Assembly: GCF_006345805.1 (NCBI RefSeq)
Contig: NC_042997.1
Location: 72,168,001 to 72,232,000 of the forward strand
From: Octopus sinensis
Taxonomy: Eukaryota
DNA length: 64,000 nucleotides
Direction: 5' to 3'
Shown here piece by piece: positions 51,888 through 64,000 of the stretch (its first letter is position 1; every line of letters begins with the position of its first letter). The notes beneath the pieces were generated by a model. The model saw only the letters and a program-made list of their open reading frames with translations. It was not told the origin of the DNA and ran no database searches. The translations under genes and the position numbers were made by a program.

Positions 51888-54237
51888 CAGTGATTCCCAA
51901 GGTGGGGCGTACGCCCCACTGGTGGGGCCTGAGAAAATTCAGGTGGGGCGCGGGGCATAGACGTGGGCTGTGAAAATATTTGTACATGACGAGCGGTCAT
52001 CGCGGGCACAACCTAAGATTCCGTCTTTCCTTTGAAGCCTCCACATCGGAAACTCTCGCACCCCAGCGAGACAAAGAAGATCCCGCACTGAGCAATAAAC
52101 TTACTATTCAGATAAGCCAATCAATTGCCTCAATTAGTTTGCCTCAATTAGTCTTTTGTTAGCCCTATTGAAAATGAGCAAACCAAACAAGAAGAAGACT
52201 CGTCAATACGCGGTGGAGTTTTTGAAGTTTGGATTCATTCCTGATGAGCATGATGAGCGTAAACCGTTTTGCTTATTATGTAATCAGACGATGAGCAATG
52301 AGTCAATGAAGGCAGGTAGGCTGGAAGCGCACTTAAAGGTAAGACATCCTAATAATTCTAATTTAGATTTGGAATACTTCAAATCATTGAAAGAAAAATT
52401 TAAAAACCGAACAAAACTCACTTCACTATTTCATGCAAAACAAGCGCCTCATACTCGTGCCCTTGAAGCCAGCTACGAAATCTCCTTGCTTATAGCAAAA
52501 CATGGAAAGAATCACACTATTGGAGAGCAACTGATTAAACCTGCTATCTCAATATTCTTAAAAACTGTATTACAAAAAGATGATGGAGATATCAGGACTA
52601 TGCCACTCAGTAATAACACAGTCTCGAACAGAATAGATGAAATGGGGCAAGATGTTGAAAGCCAGCTCATTGAGAAATTAAAATTGCGTAAGTTTTCATT
52701 ACAAATGGACGAATCCACAATCCGGGACAGTGAGGCTCTGTTATTGACTTATGTGAGGTATATTGACCACGAGGAGTTTCAGGAAGAGATGCTGTTCTGC
52801 GAATCGTTTGAAACCACCACAACTGCAAATGATATTTACATCAAAATCAAACATTATTTGGATGCAAACAAAATACCAAAGGAAAACTTACTGGCATGTG
52901 CGGCAGACGGTGCACCTGCCATGATGGGCAAGAATACGGGATGCTTAAAAATGATGAAGGATGAAAATTCAAACATGTTGACTGTCCATTGTGTAATACA
53001 CCGAGAAAACTTGGTTGCCAAGAAATTGTCCCCTGTTCTTAACAAGATTCTTCAAAGTGTGATCAAGTGTGTCAACAGCATTAAAAGAAATTCTAAATCT
53101 GAACGTCTTTTTAAACAGTTTTGTATAAATCAAAGTGCCGAACATGTTCGATTATTGCTTCATACAGAAGTAAGATGGCTATCAAGTGGAAACTGCTTAA
53201 AGAGGTTCATGGAATTATTTGATCAGATTAACGACTTTCTTAGTGATAAATGTGAAATGAAATTGCTGTCAACAACGGATGGAAAAGCATTTGTCAGTTA
53301 TTTGACAGACATATTTGAGAAACTTGGAAACTTGAATAAACAACTTCAAGGTGCAAACATGACACTTATTGATGCAAAAGCAAAGATTTTTGGATTTATT
53401 ACAGCTCTCGAATTATGGAAAAAGAAATTTTCCAAAAGAAATTTCAGTGAACTTTACTGGTTGAGTAAATGTGAAATAACGAATGATGCTGGCATTGTAA
53501 TTATTGATCATTTAAATATCTTGATAAAGGATTTCAATGACAGATTTTGCGATTTAAAGGCAATGAATTTTCCTTCTTGGTTAACTCAACCGCTTCTGAT
53601 TAACGTTTCTGATGCTACAATCCAATACCAAGAAGAGTTATCAGAATTACAACATGATGAATCAGTGAAGACTTTGTTTAAATTGAAAGGTACAAAGATG
53701 TGGCTATATGACGAGGTTGAAAGAAAATATCCTAAAATTTCTACATCAGCGAGAGAGCTACTGATTCCTTTCCCTTCGTCTTATTTGGTCGAATGTGGTT
53801 TTAGTGCAGTTGATAATTTGAGATTACAAAACGTGGCGATTTACGACTGAAATTAACAAAGTTGTCTCCTCAAATTAAAAACTTGTGCTGTATGCATCAG
53901 GCAGAGGGTTCTCACTAAATTAGTCGAGCTGACCGTCAAATAATTGAACTGAAAAAACGTGTTTCTTTATTCTTTATAAATTGACATTTTTTAAAAACAT
54001 GAGAAATCGTAATAATTTTATCGATTTATTGGGTGTTATGCACTTTCAGTGCCTGTTGTTTCAATTCTCAAACTATTTTTTTGTATTTTGAATACAATTT
54101 TTTAATTTTTGATTTTTTTTCAATTGTAAGTAGGCCCACATGTACTTGTAAATGTGAGTGGACATGGGAAAAGGTGGGGCGTAAAAACTTTTGCTATGAA
54201 AAAGTGGGGCGCCGGGAAAAAAGGTTGGGAAACACTG
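51888..54237 (+). mobile_element. Buster-type hAT DNA transposon, full length
   Basis: TIR CAGTG(A/T)TTCCCAA; 8-bp TSD CTTTAGAC at 51880-51887 and 54238-54245 with central TA. Confidence 0.95.
52174..53850 (+). CDS. hAT (Buster/ZBED5/SCAND3-like) transposase, frameshifted only near the C terminus
   Basis: BED finger CLLC..HLKVRH; DEST, ADGAPAM, CVIH, EVRWLS, SYLVECGFS; the expected tail RGDLRLKLTKL..QAEGSH* is in another frame to ~53918. Confidence 0.92.
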   Translation: MSKPNKKKTRQYAVEFLKFGFIPDEHDERKPFCLLCNQTMSNESMKAGRLEAHLKVRHPNNSNLDLEYFKSLKEKFKNRTKLTSLFHAKQAPHTRALEASYEISLLIAKHGKNHTIGEQLIKPAISIFLKTVLQKDDGDIRTMPLSNNTVSNRIDEMGQDVESQLIEKLKLRKFSLQMDESTIRDSEALLLTYVRYIDHEEFQEEMLFCESFETTTTANDIYIKIKHYLDANKIPKENLLACAADGAPAMMGKNTGCLKMMKDENSNMLTVHCVIHRENLVAKKLSPVLNKILQSVIKCVNSIKRNSKSERLFKQFCINQSAEHVRLLLHTEVRWLSSGNCLKRFMELFDQINDFLSDKCEMKLLSTTDGKAFVSYLTDIFEKLGNLNKQLQGANMTLIDAKAKIFGFITALELWKKKFSKRNFSELYWLSKCEITNDAGIVIIDHLNILIKDFNDRFCDLKAMNFPSWLTQPLLINVSDATIQYQEELSELQHDESVKTLFKLKGTKMWLYDEVERKYPKISTSARELLIPFPSSYLVECGFSAVDNLRLQNVAIYD

Positions 54238-55019
54238 CTTTAGACTGATCTAAATTGATCAGGGCCCCACTCATTCCATGTACTTCGGCCATTTTCTCAA
54301 TGATGTATCGCATGAGGTGGAGGTTGTCGTGGATCAAATGCACACTAACTTTTCTTAATTTTTGTTTAGTTGTCCAATTTTAAAATTTAAATTCTGTTGT
54401 TTCTTTGAAATTCTACAATTATCTAACATGATTACCTTTCAAGTATCAAAGACTCATACCTAAGATTACTTCAGTCTCTTCACATTCAGAAAGAAAGAGA
54501 TCGTAGCGTCCAGCAATTTAAATCAAGAAAAACACAAGGCCATATACATTTCATTATAAGTCATATCAGCTTCTTGGTCAAATACTTTATATATATCATT
54601 TGTTATGTAACCGGATGTAGTTGGTTTTCGTAATAATCAGCCCTAACCACTCCTAAATTTCATATTAGTTTAATCACAATATAAGGATGCTATTATCTAC
54701 ACGAACAACGATAATTAATAAGCATTTTGTGAAATTAATAATTTCATCCTTATTTTCATATATATATAAATATATATATAATGGAAATTAAAGGAACTAC
54801 GCCTAGTATGAATGTAATAAAGACTTTATTGTTGTGTAATTTAAAGCAAAGATAATGAAAAACTGACGAGATTTAGACAAATATTTTACAAATAATATAC
54901 AAATTTATATTACTCCCTACCAAGATCAGTTAGAAAGTAGGATAGTATCTAATAGGATAGTATCTAATAGGAGGGAGAGTCGAAAATTATACGCACACTT
55001 GTTTGTTGAATGTACTTAT

Positions 55020-55670
55020 ACAAAAGCAGGGGATAAACAAGTACGTAATTTTTCTATATAGTTTCCTTCTTTTTCGATGCACTTGATCCAGCGGTCCACA
55101 AGCTTGCGTATTCCCGCCCAAGAAAAAATGGTTTTTGGTTGATCGTGCAACTATTTATGCACCGCTTCCTTCACATCTTCAACCGTAAGAAATCAACGAC
55201 CTAGTAAACCATCTTTGAGCGGTCCAAAGATATGTGAGATCTGGACTGTAGGCAAAGTATTCCAGCACCTCAAAACCCAATTAGTTAATGGTTTCCACGG
55301 TCTGGGTACTCGTGTGTGGTCGTGCATTCACTTGCAACAACAAAATTTTCTTCGACAGTAGGCGTCGGCGTTTGGTGCGAACTATTAGCTTCAGTTTGTT
55401 GGCCAACAAAGCACTGTATCTTGCAATGTTGATCGTACCACCCCTTTTCCAGAGAAATTGGATCACTGTTCTTTGTTCTGCTTTGGTGCACATTGCTAGT
55501 GGAGCGACCATGTTTACACTGTAAAGCCAGGAAGAAAACTATCGCAATCAGGCTCTAACTTCGATCACGTGACTACAATAGTCCCAACTATAAGCACGCG
55601 TGCGCAGAAGGTAGTGTGATAACAATAAAGATGTGTTATGGTGAAAGTGCGGATAATGTTTGACTTCCAC
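55020..55670 (-). mobile_element. Internally deleted mariner
   Basis: MCTKAEQRTVIQFLW joined to LLSKKILLLQVNARPHT..YSPDL. Confidence 0.8.
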
Positions 55671-56424
55671 TTGCATTAACATTAACAAAACACTTTATTT
55701 GCTCTAGTGTAATAGATTTCTAATGCAGAGTCAGTGTAATGATGTTCAATGTTGTAATTCTTGCTCTCCCAGTGACCTACTTAACATAATTGTTGGGTGG
55801 TAAAAGTTAAAAGTAGCAGACGCATTCACTTTGTGCAGACTGAGTCATACAATACTGCAGCTATGCCAGAAAATATTATCATCATTATTGGCATTTAGAA
55901 TGTTGTCAATCGCTGTCAGTCATCTACCAGTATAACAGTGAGGCCGAAGGAAAATCAACAGTTAGAGATGAGATCAACGATGTTCAGGGCATACTCTGGT
56001 TGTCAATGAACAAAAACAGAGAGGCTTTCTTGAGAAAAGTTGCAGCTCGATTGCTATGAAAAAGATTCCAAAACTCTTACTGTGATGGTGTAGTCAGTGG
56101 GGTTGGTGGGCTGCTCCAGTTCGGGATAAACATTCCAGGCACAACAATTCCGTAACACTGACTCGTCCAAGATATACACAGGACAACGAAACCGTCTTCC
56201 ATGCATAGTGAAGAGTCAGAGCATCGCTGACTCCTAAATGATGTCGATCAGCTGTTTTTAAATTTCAGATGGGTCTTGCAGTCAGTCTGATCCGTTGTGA
56301 AGATATTCCGCTACCTTTCTTATCTAGACAGAGACAGGCAGTTTTCTTCTAGTCTGCTGTGGTGAAAGAGGTACTGTTGCTAGATAATGTAAAGATTTTC
56401 CAAATATATATATATACATATATA

Positions 56425-57915
56425 TTAGGATGGAGCGAAATATGTAACTTTTGGAATTGGTAACCAAGAATCAATATTTTATTGCGAATAAGGGTTAAAA
56501 GAAAGGTGTATTAAGAACTTTGCGGTTAAATGTTTTTCAGGCTCTGCAATTGAAATTTTTTTAAATCGCAGTTTTTGGTCGAATTTTGGATTTCATGGAC
56601 TATAAGTCGTAACGAATAAATATTTCTACATAGCAGAATGCAAAACAGTAAATATAGTATCCTTAAGAGGTTGCATACCAAATTTCAATACAATTGACTA
56701 ATATATCTTGAGGTTCCACATTGACTACAAAGACAACAGGAGTATGAACGTCTCTCCAGTGCCGCTGCGACGGTCGTTGCGTTTGGACGTAAGTCGAACG
56801 TGTGTGAAGTTTTCTGCTTTGTATCTTGACTTTAAGCCATTTCATTAATATTAATGATCATGTTAAATTTAGTTTTGTTTACATTTAGTGATGACTCATA
56901 AGCCAATAACGTGTCATGATATTGAATGTCCAATATTTGGTACCCCATGTGATCTTAGCGAATGAGTTTTGCCAACTTACAAGGACGTTTTATTTGAAAG
57001 AGAAAAAGAAAAGAATGTAGTTAAGAAAAATCCTTCAATTAAATAAATTTTTAAGATTGTAGCAGAAAAGATAATTCTTCTTTAGTAAAAGGCATCTATC
57101 CCTTGTGTTACCATTAAGTCAGTTAAACCGAAAATCTTAAACTTTAGTACTAAGCATTACTAAAGTCTGTGAAGAATAGAAAAATATGTGCCATCGTTTC
57201 AAACAAAGTGTTTAAAAACAATGCAACAAAAGATTTATTTGACATTTCCTGTTGCAAGTGCAACTCCATTAAAAATTGCAGTTGTAGTAGAACTAAAAAA
57301 AGGACCACAGAGAGAATAAGATTTTTTACAGGATCAACGGACAAATCAAAAAAATGATCATTGGCGAAATGGATCAAGCAGTATCTAAACAGAACGTTTA
57401 GATGTTAATTAGAAAGAATCAGCCAGATCACTGTCGCCCTTCTACGTCAGCAAAGGAAAGTTTAACATTTTCGGTCTAACTAACTCAATCATAACACGAG
57501 GGATGAATGCCTTTTGCTAAAGAAGAATTATCTTTTCTGCTACAATCTTGACAATTTGTTTAATTCATTTTAATGTGTGAGTAGTCTAGACCTCATGTAA
57601 CAATAATAAAGAAAACAAAGTCGAAAATTCAATTTATTTCACATAATTTCGAAATTCTTGATTTTGAATGCTTTTGCAAAAGAAAAGCAATTCGTAACAA
57701 TGAATGTAAAAAATAAAATGAGGAATGCAAACGTGCTATACATTGATTTTTCGCTCATTATTCAAACTTTCAAGTGGGCTGCGAAGCCTGAAGATGTAAA
57801 TTTAAGAACTTCAGATTTTAAAACAGACGTTTTTAAAGGATTTCTCAATACAGAAATATATTCTTCAAAACATATTTCGAAAATCTGTGTAAAAAGTACC
57901 TTTCTCGCTCCACTT
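56425..57915 (+). mobile_element. Degraded DNA transposon, possibly hATm-like, with N-terminal transposase remnant (~56940-57400)
   Basis: Imperfect TIRs TTAGGATGGAGCGA versus TTAAAGTGGAGCGA; LPTYKDVL, KASIP, LFDISCCKC..CSC, F.QDQR..KMIIG.MD. Confidence 0.5.
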
Positions 57916-57946
57916 TAATATACATACATACACACACGCACACACA

Positions 57947-58033
<87 letters not shown>

Positions 58034-58081
58034 CGTGTATGTATGTGTAGGTATATATATGTGTATGTGTGTGTGCGTGTG

Positions 58082-58113
<32 letters not shown>

Positions 58114-58346
58114 TGTATGTATGTATGTATGTATGCACATATATATTGCAAACCTTCCAAGGTGTGCACAGACATATATTCAGAATTCAAAGAAGGCCTC
58201 AAAAGACATGTTAACAGTGTTTTAACACTACAAACTTCATCAGTAACAAACACGTAAGAATCTTATATCTCTTTTCAACGACTTCTATGACGGCCTTCAC
58301 AAATGCGACTACACACACCATACTGTACGTCTCACTCTCAGTTCAA

Positions 58347-58484
58347 TTGCTATCCCACAGGGGTGTCAGGAGCGCAGCACAACATATATACATACACACA
58401 CACACACACATCTTTATATATATGTATGTATGTATCTATGTATGCATGTATGTATGTATATATACATATATTTGTATATATATA

Positions 58485-58547
<63 letters not shown>

Positions 58548-58665
58548 CAAATATATATATATACATACATACATGCATACATAGATACATACATACATAT
58601 ATATATATGTGTGTGTGTATGTATATACGTTGTGCTGCGCTCCTGACACCCCTGTGGGATAGCAA
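58347..58665. repeat. Palindrome: perfect 37-bp arms around a mirror-symmetric microsatellite
   Basis: TTGCTATCCCACAGGGGTGTCAGGAGCGCAGCACAAC at 58347-58383 and its exact inverse at 58629-58665. Confidence 0.9.
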
Positions 58666-58675
58666 TATATATATA

Positions 58676-59503
58676 TTACATACAAAATTTAAAGGACTGA
58701 CCACTAAAATTAGACGGTCAATATGCCTGACGATCTTGCAGATTTTCGCGTATGCATATACGTGAATATTAACAAGTGAAACTGATCGGTACATAGGTAA
58801 TCGTTTTTGATTTCGTATATTTTCATTTGTCTTACTTATTTTTTACGCTTTGGTTTTGTGCTGAGTTTTTTCTTGAGAACACATTCTTCGTGGAAAATAG
58901 CGATTTTGACGTCTATATCTAGCATATTGACCGTCCACTTTTAGTGGTCAGTCCTTTAAATTTTGTATGTAAAAAATATTTTAATCTTCGGATTCTTTTA
59001 ATATGCTAGGCCACTGGTTTTAATTGATTAATATCAATTTCTACCCTTATTCAATTTTAAATAATAAAAAAAATGTTCTCTAACCGGTAAATTAACTGCT
59101 GCAGTTTATTAACTGCAGGGTAGATTTCCGATTTCAGCGCGCCAAAGTGGAGGCATTTGAAAGATATACATAGATATAATTTGTTGAACTCTATGCATGC
59201 GGGACTCCGGTCAAGCGTTTTTGTATCTAGTTCTGGAAATTATGTTTGTAAACGACAGACTATGCTGATGATCTTGCAGATTTTCGCGTATGCATATACG
59301 TAAATATTAACAAGTGAAACTGATCGGTACATAGGTAATCATTTTTGATTTCGTATATTTTCAATTGTCTTACTTATTTTTTACGCTTTGCTTTAGTGTT
59401 GAGTTTTTTCTTGAGAACACATTCTTCGTGGAAAATAGCGATTTTGACGTCTATGTCTAACATATTGACCGTCCACTTTTAATGGTCAGTCCTTTAAATT
59501 TTG

Positions 59504-59505
<2 letters not shown>
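58676..59505 (+). mobile_element. Family P4: inverted arm plus ~1.45 tandem 538-bp HHR monomers
   Basis: 58676-58726 is inverse to 58921-58975; cores at 58727 and 59265; both ends finish CCTTTAAATTTTGTAT next to (TA)n. Confidence 0.85.
59260..59334 (+). ncRNA. Type I hammerhead ribozyme (family P4); second copy 58722-58796
   Basis: CUAUG-CUGAUGA-U CUUG..CAAG U-GAAA-CUG AU CGG-UA-CAUAG; near-palindromic stem III; GUA triplet. Confidence 0.8.
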
Positions 59506-59537
<32 letters not shown>

Positions 59538-60120
59538 TAATATACAAATTTCTTTATGCCAAGGACCTATAATCCTTTAAGGGATGTTTGCATCCTAGTT
59601 CTCCGGTTTTTACGAGTGTCTTGTGAAAAACTATGTGCGTTATCTTTGTATCGATGGATATGATACATAAATTCTTTATGAATAAGAAAAAAAAGAAAAT
59701 TGAGAAATTGACTTATAGATGTCAGTTTATTCAAATATATTCAAATCAATATAATATGAAATTCTTAGTCCTACAGAATTTCCATAACTAATTGATTCAA
59801 TTAAATAAATTAAATTAAATTAAATTAAATTAAATTAAATGTAGGGATAAGAATTTCGTATTAAATTGATTTGAATATCTTTGAATAAACTGATATCTAT
59901 ATGCCAATTTCTCCATTTTCTTCCTTTTCTCATTCATATATAAAGAGATAGAGAGAGAGATACATGTGTATATATAAATACACATACGTATGTGTATGTA
60001 TATACATATGTGGGTGTATATACATATATGTGTATTTGTATAGATATAAATATATACATACATGCATGCGTATGTATATATATATATATATATATACACA
60101 TATGTGTATGTGAATATATA

Positions 60121-60179
<59 letters not shown>

Positions 60180-60481
60180 TATATATATATGGGGGCGCAA
60201 TGGCCCAGTGGTTAGAGCAGCGGACTCGCGTTCGTAGGATCACCAGACCGAGCGTTGTGAGTGGTTTATTGAGCGAAAACACCTAAAGCTCCACGAGGCT
60301 CCGGCAGGGGGTGGTGGTGTGATCCCTGCTGTACTCTTTCGCCGCAACTGTCTCTCACTCTTTCTTCTGTTGGCCTGCTCGCTTAGCCAGCAGGGTGGCG
60401 TCAGTTGAAAGCTAAAACAATGTGAAGCACATTGTGACCAGCGATGTGTAGCAACATCTGATAGCCTGGTCGGTCACGGTG

Positions 60482-60528
<47 letters not shown>

Positions 60529-60558
60529 ATACATACATACAAGTGTATGTATGTATAT

Positions 60559-60592
<34 letters not shown>

Positions 60593-61040
60593 CAGAGAGA
60601 GAGAGAGAGAGAGGGATAATAGAGCTCACAAAAGTGACAGAAGGTACTCACTAACACTGTTTTTGCTTAACATAAGAGTTAAATTAACTCAAAGCCACAA
60701 ATGCAATGTCTTAAGAAACTGAGAAAGGGAGATACGTCCCCAGCATACATAGATGAATCGTGATTTCGGATTTTCCTATGTTCTATATACTCTGGAAACG
60801 CATTAAAGCCCTTTTCGGGGCTACTTTATTTGAATTCTTATTATCGGGTAACGAATTTCATGTTATTACATAACTGACTTCACAATTTGGGTATTCATAA
60901 CTTATTAGGAATTCCTAAGAACAAGATCCTGTATAAGTTCGGTATTCTCTGTAAATGCACAAAGCCGTTTTAAGAGCTACATACATGTATCGTTGTTATT
61001 GGATTAGCGAAACAATTGTGTATATATAAATATATATTTT

Positions 61041-61196
61041 GCAGTAGTCTTTCAAATAGCTGTTGAAGATTGCACTGAAGGGGTCTATATGAGATATAAG
61101 ACAACAAGAAAACTGTTCAATCTCAAAAGACTCTATGCTAAAACGAAAGTTCTGCATTCTCACCTCGTTGAGTTCCTGTATGCAGACGATTGTGAC
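61041..61196 (+). pseudogene. RTE (BovB-like) RT fragment with YADD
   Basis: [33 protein letters not shown] in one open frame. Confidence 0.8.
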
Positions 61197-61409
61197 ATAT
61201 ACGCATGATATATGTATATATATATAAATACGCATGTATATATATATATATATATGTATGTACTTTGTATATATATATAAATACGCATGTATATATATAT
61301 ATGTATGTACTTATGTGTATATGTATATGTATGTACTTATGTGTATATGTATATATATATAAATATATATACATATATATAATACTTATGTATATATGTG
61401 TATATATAA

Positions 61410-61555
<146 letters not shown>

Positions 61556-61735
61556 TACATAATATATATATATAAATATATGCATATATATAAATATATA
61601 TATATTACGAGATGTACTTGCATAGCAAGTGATCTGATCTGAGATCGTGTGCTGGAACGAAAACAATTGCAACATGGAAGATGTTTATAAGCTATTTAAG
61701 AAACACACAAGAACCGTTAGATTCACTTCAACATT

Positions 61736-62390
61736 CATCTTTATGTTCTCCAACACCGTTGACTGTTCACCAATACATCAAGCTTTCCCTGAGAAAAGGA
61801 GACAAAAATCAAATTTTGCTCGAACAGCCTGTAAATATATATTTGTAATATAGATCTATGCATATATATATATATATATATATAATATACATTCATTTAT
61901 ATATATACAAACATACATATAATTGCAGCGTGGAAGGTGTTTTGAGCCACACAAAAACCGTAAAATTCACTTCGAGATTTAAATTTAATTTCTCAAAATA
62001 TTTTCGTTGCTTTGAGACCGTGACCCATTCACTGACAAAATTCCGTGCTGCATCTGAATTTTGCATCAGAATTTTCCATGCTGCACAGAATTTTGTCAGT
62101 GAACACGTCGCGGTCTCAAAGCGACGAAAATATTTTGACAAATTAAATTTAAATCTCGAAGTGAATTTTACGGTTTTTGTGTGGCTTAAAACACATTCCA
62201 CGCTGCAATTATATGTATGTATGTATATATATAAATGTATGTATATATATATATGCATAGATCTATATTACAAATATATATTTACAGGCTGTTCGAGCAA
62301 AATTTGATTTTTGTCTCCTTTTCTCAGGGAAAGCTTGATGTATTGGTGAACAGTCAACGGTATTGGAGAACATAAAGATGAGAGTTATGG
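61736..62390. repeat. Inverted duplication with ~310-bp arms
   Basis: 61736-62045 versus 62085-62390, with scattered mismatches; the arm includes a mariner TIR. Confidence 0.92.
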
Positions 62391-63138
62391 TTGAGAATAA
62401 GTTAGCTAATATGGATGACTGGAAACCATCTGAATATTGGAAAAGCGTTGCTTAAATCATAATGATTTGCGCCGAGTATCAAAATGCCAACATCATGACA
62501 GATGCTCAATGCTCTGTAAACACTGTAAGGGTTGTATGAAATGACACGGTGAGCTGCAACGGAGACTACAATTCCATGGCGAGTAGGAAGGGGCACAGTA
62601 ACTGTCCTGGGTGTGTCCAGACGCCAGAATTCGTTCCTACATATTTGAACACGGTCTTAGGCTAAATTCGGACGGCTATGTGAAAGTGCTGGAGACTATT
62701 CAATGCTTGACTGGAGAGATTTCTGTTAGAAGCCATATGTGTGACAGCAGGATTCGGCTCCTTGCCATGCCTCCAGAAAGAGTCAAAACGGTTATCGGAG
62801 CATTTTTCCAGTTTCCGGTCTCCTAATTCCCCTGAGTGTAATCACGAGTTACTGTGTGGGGCGCGATTGAGAAAGACACCAACTGCTCTTCTTGCAACAC
62901 CAAGGTCAAGCTGATGCCCAAGATCAAGGAGGTGTTCGAAAATCTTCCCAGAGACACAGTGAAAAACGCATGCGCCTGGTTCCAAAACTGTCTTGAGGCC
63001 GTGCTTAAACTGAAAGCGGCTACTTTGAGTAAACTCTGTAATCTGGTTGATATGATGTGATTATTAAAAATACTTTTATTTTTGGGTGGGAAATACTTTC
63101 CTTTTATGTAAACTGTCAAATTTAGCTCGAACACCCTG
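62285..63138 (+). mobile_element. Internally deleted Tc1/mariner (DD37D/maT-like)
   Basis: TIRs CAGGCTGTTCGAGCAAAATTTGA versus TCAAATTTAGCTCGAACACCCTG with TA flanks; GLRLNSDGYVKVLET, QQDSAPCH, PNSPEC, WGAIEKDTN. Confidence 0.85.
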
Positions 63139-63151
63139 TACTATAATACAG

Positions 63152-63192
<41 letters not shown>

Positions 63193-63689
63193 CATGTTTG
63201 TGTGTGTGGTTATGTTGTAAGAGATATGTCGTCAGTAACTTTTGACACACCTAGACTAGACAATTGCAATTGCACAATATAACACTGTGCTAGTGTAAAA
63301 ACAACAAAAATGTATTATACGGCCTAATTTAAAACAGTAGTCGGTATTGATAGTGTAATAAATAACTAGCAGAACACTCGTCTACTAAATTACATTCATA
63401 ATGCATGGTCACACTGTGCAACATACATTGACCGTTGCCTCAGGTAACACCAAATCTCGTCAATGAAATAGTGTAGACGGTAAAGTGTAGAATTCTGTCG
63501 GGAGGGCTTTATATAAAAGACGAAAATCTACCTTTGACACACGCTGAATGTCGTTTCTTTTTTTTTTTTTTTTTCTTTAGGATTATATTAACTCTACATT
63601 TGCCGGCAGAATACTCAGTCGCTTATACTGTAATTTGATAATCTGGTAGTTCAGTTGAGAATATATCCGATATATATATATATATATAT

Positions 63690-64000
63690 CAACAATCAAG
63701 GAACGGCCATAATAGGCCATTCACCCACTAGAAATAACAGCCAAAGCTTCAACCGCAAATAAAAGTCAACTCCGTAAACCAGGAGAAAATTTTAAAAACA
63801 TTTACCCTGTAATTTCTTATACGATGCACCGTTTCATCTGCTGTTTAATGGTAAACTAACCTGATTAAATTAAATCAAGCCAATCTTCCATAGGCCCTCA
63901 GATTCTCAGTAAGAAATAGCCCAAGTCGGAACAGATATTTTCACGAGGCATTTCCGACCCTGCCAAGGTAATATCTGACCTAAAATTTTCAAATCATCGC
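63690..64000 (-). mobile_element. Diverged dispersed copy of the array-1 family with HHR at 63812-63917
   Basis: Aligns to the array-1 monomer; its end abuts (TA)n; compensatory stem changes; one core base deleted. Confidence 0.85.

Larger units (their letters stand above)
51570..54350 (-). pseudogene. L1/Tx1 RT fragment interrupted by the hAT (51570-51887 and 54238-54350)
   Basis: IHDNLHLMRYII..GALINLDQSKAFDRVDH reads across the insertion site; QDCPLSPLLYVL and YTDNVTVV follow. Confidence 0.85.

Noticed and set aside
52156-53850. Domesticated host gene (ZBED5/SCAND3)
   Set aside because: Intact TIRs and TSD and insertion inside a LINE show it is a transposon copy.
55730-56400. LINE coding remnant (also 36900-37300)
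   Set aside because: Coding-like composition but no motif I could identify.

Overview
AT-rich, microsatellite-saturated eukaryotic DNA with no confidently recognisable host gene. The SINE families and repeat landscape resemble an octopod cephalopod genome (inference, not verified). Almost all interpretable sequence is mobile-element derived: tRNA-derived SINEs, Tc1/mariner remnants, a near-intact Buster-type hAT with 8-bp TSD inserted in an L1/Tx1 RT, RLE-type (R4/Dong-like) LINEs in microsatellites, RTE and L1/Tx1 fragments, and Helitron/Helentron derivatives. Two observations stand out. (1) Several non-coding repeat families carry type I hammerhead ribozyme (HHR) motifs, including two adjacent fold-back tandem arrays of ~480-490 bp monomers (25.6-29.5 kb). 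Stems covary between copies, the outer ends abut (TA)n tracts, and in three loci the inverted arm starts at the predicted self-cleavage site. This is a Penelope-like/retrozyme-like system. (2) A 2.06-kb TSD-flanked retroelement encodes only an L1/Tx1-type ORF1 (zinc knuckle, no EN/RT), with a second diverged copy sharing its 3' UTR. All structures were folded and aligned by eye; coordinates of degraded elements are approximate.
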